Assembly (NCBI GenBank): GCA_963767925.1
Contig: CAVYGB010000008.1
Location: 1 to 64,000, forward strand
DNA: 64,000 nt
Origin: an uncultured delta proteobacterium
GTDB lineage: Bacteria > Myxococcota_A > Polyangia > Fen-1088
Reading direction: 5' to 3'
The number at the start of each line of letters is the position of its first letter. Position 1 is the first letter of the stretch. The translations under genes were made by a program, and so were the position numbers. The notes beneath the pieces were generated by a model. It ran no database searches and was not told the origin of the DNA. It saw only the letters and a list, made by a program, of their open reading frames with translations. Positions 62,670 to 64,000 of the stretch are shown here, piece after piece.

Positions 62670-63746
62670 ATGCGAATTGCTCTGGTCACCAGTCAGCCGG
62701 TATTTGCGATGGGGCTCAGGAGTTTGGTCGGTTCGACCGAAGATCTCACGCTGGTTGCAGAGGCCGGCGATGCGCGCGCTGGCTTCGGAGCGATCGACGC
62801 CCACAAACCAGAAGTCCTGGTCATGGACGTCTCGTTGCCGGGAATGAACGGGATACATGCCTTGCCTGAGGTGCGCCGGCGGGCCGGCAGGACCCGGGTG
62901 TTGCTGGTCGCCGATTGGGCCCGGGAGCGCGACGTCCTGGAGGCGCTGTCCGGCGGCGCGCTGGGGTTTGCCTCCAAGAACGACGGACCGCAGGAGCTGC
63001 TCGAGGCGATCCGCGCCGTGGGGCACGGACAGACCTATGTCGCGCCGGCCTTCCGGCGCTTCATGGCGCTCGAGCCGGCCCGGATGGCCCGCGGTCAGCG
63101 GGTGCTGGAGGGGGACGTCCTGCACGTCCTTTCGCCCCGGGAGCGAGAGGTGCTGGACCTGGTCGTCCGGGGCTGGCGAAATCGGGCCATTGCCCGGGAG
63201 CTGTGCGTGTCGATCAAGACCGTCGACACCCACCGCACGCGCATCAACCGGAAGCTCGGCTGCAACGGTGCCTCGGAGCTGATCCGCTTCGCCGCCGAGA
63301 ACGACCTCATCCGGCGTCCACCCAGCATGCGCACGGCCCGGCCCGAGCGGGTCCTCCTGCTGATGATGGACGACGATCCCCAGGTGCGGGCCCAGATCTG
63401 CCGGGAGGTGGTGGGGGATGGGGCCCGCCAGATCCGGGCCTCCGATCTGGGCAAGGCCCTCGCCGAGCTGCACGCTGGCCCGACGCCCTCTCTGCTGGTC
63501 ATGGATGGGGGCGGGGCCCAGGCTGGTGCGGCCGACGTGTACCGCCACCTGATGAGCGACGACCCTCGCCTGGCCCAGATGCCGGTGATGGCGGTGTTCG
63601 AGAACACGGGGCGCTTGCCAGCAGTGCGGGCTGCCGCCTCGCTGCCCCAGCCCGTGGGCAACGATCGGCTGGTGACCGCGATCGAGCGGGCGGCCAGCTA
63701 CCCGGCGCCGCTCCCGGCGGCCGAGGCGGCGAACGCCGTGACCTGA
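62670..63746 (+). CDS. NarL/LuxR response regulator with an additional C-terminal receiver-like domain
   Basis: VMDVSLPGMNG; LSPREREVL...NRAIARELCVSIKTVDTHR; then MDDDP...VMDG. Confidence 0.85.
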   Translation: MRIALVTSQPVFAMGLRSLVGSTEDLTLVAEAGDARAGFGAIDAHKPEVLVMDVSLPGMNGIHALPEVRRRAGRTRVLLVADWARERDVLEALSGGALGFASKNDGPQELLEAIRAVGHGQTYVAPAFRRFMALEPARMARGQRVLEGDVLHVLSPREREVLDLVVRGWRNRAIARELCVSIKTVDTHRTRINRKLGCNGASELIRFAAENDLIRRPPSMRTARPERVLLLMMDDDPQVRAQICREVVGDGARQIRASDLGKALAELHAGPTPSLLVMDGGGAQAGAADVYRHLMSDDPRLAQMPVMAVFENTGRLPAVRAAASLPQPVGNDRLVTAIERAASYPAPLPAAEAANAVT

Positions 63747-63749
63747 TCG

Positions 63750-64000
63750 ATGCCGACAGATCCGACAGGGCAGGCAACCATCCTGGTCGTCGACGACGAT
63801 CCGGACCTGCTCGCCGGCTACGCCATGGCGCTCGAGATGCAGGGCCATCGCCTGCTCCTGGCCCGCTCGGGGGAGGAGGCGATGACCCTCGCCCGGGGCA
63901 AGCGCCTCGACGTGCTCGTCACCGACATCGTCATGCCGGTCATGGACGGGTTCGAGCTGATCGAACAGCTCCGCGCCGACCTGGGCGAGGGCGCCCCGCC
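63750..64000 (+). CDS. Response regulator receiver domain, cut by the window end
   Basis: MPTDPTGQATILVVDDD...VTDIVMPVMDGFEL. Confidence 0.85.
   Translation, partial: MPTDPTGQATILVVDDDPDLLAGYAMALEMQGHRLLLARSGEEAMTLARGKRLDVLVTDIVMPVMDGFELIEQLRADLGEGAP

Overview
GC-rich bacterial window; PilZ, Oar-like receptor, CotH and other exported proteins suggest a myxobacterium (inference). The left third (1-20.6 kb) is an accessory mosaic. It holds a TerY-phosphatase-kinase triad, an ISKra4/ISLre2-like IS with 15-bp inverted ends between truncated genes, two paralogous exported epoxide hydrolases with a NodV/NodW-like two-component system and a repeated operator-like motif, a cytochrome P460-family gene, a doubly frameshifted atypical TyrRS and an internally deleted ABC-binding gene. 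A defence-like block follows (20.7-32.7 kb): UPF0175/DUF3368 pair, SWIM-SNF2 helicase and a complete type II Wadjet (jetABCD). The right half is mostly housekeeping, signalling and envelope genes (orphan pelA-like, yaeQ, glnB, EAL regulator, purM, TonB-dependent receptor, rtcB, map). The best candidate for an undescribed system is at 44.1-49.0 kb. There a NorR-like sigma54 activator lies divergent from a sigma54-promoter operon encoding a MauG-like di-heme protein lacking the inter-heme Trp, a Tat metallophosphoesterase with a GEHD variant motif, and a SoxA/TsdA-like Cys-ligated cytochrome. No rRNA, tRNA or CRISPR array was seen. All family calls come from reading motifs, not from database searches.
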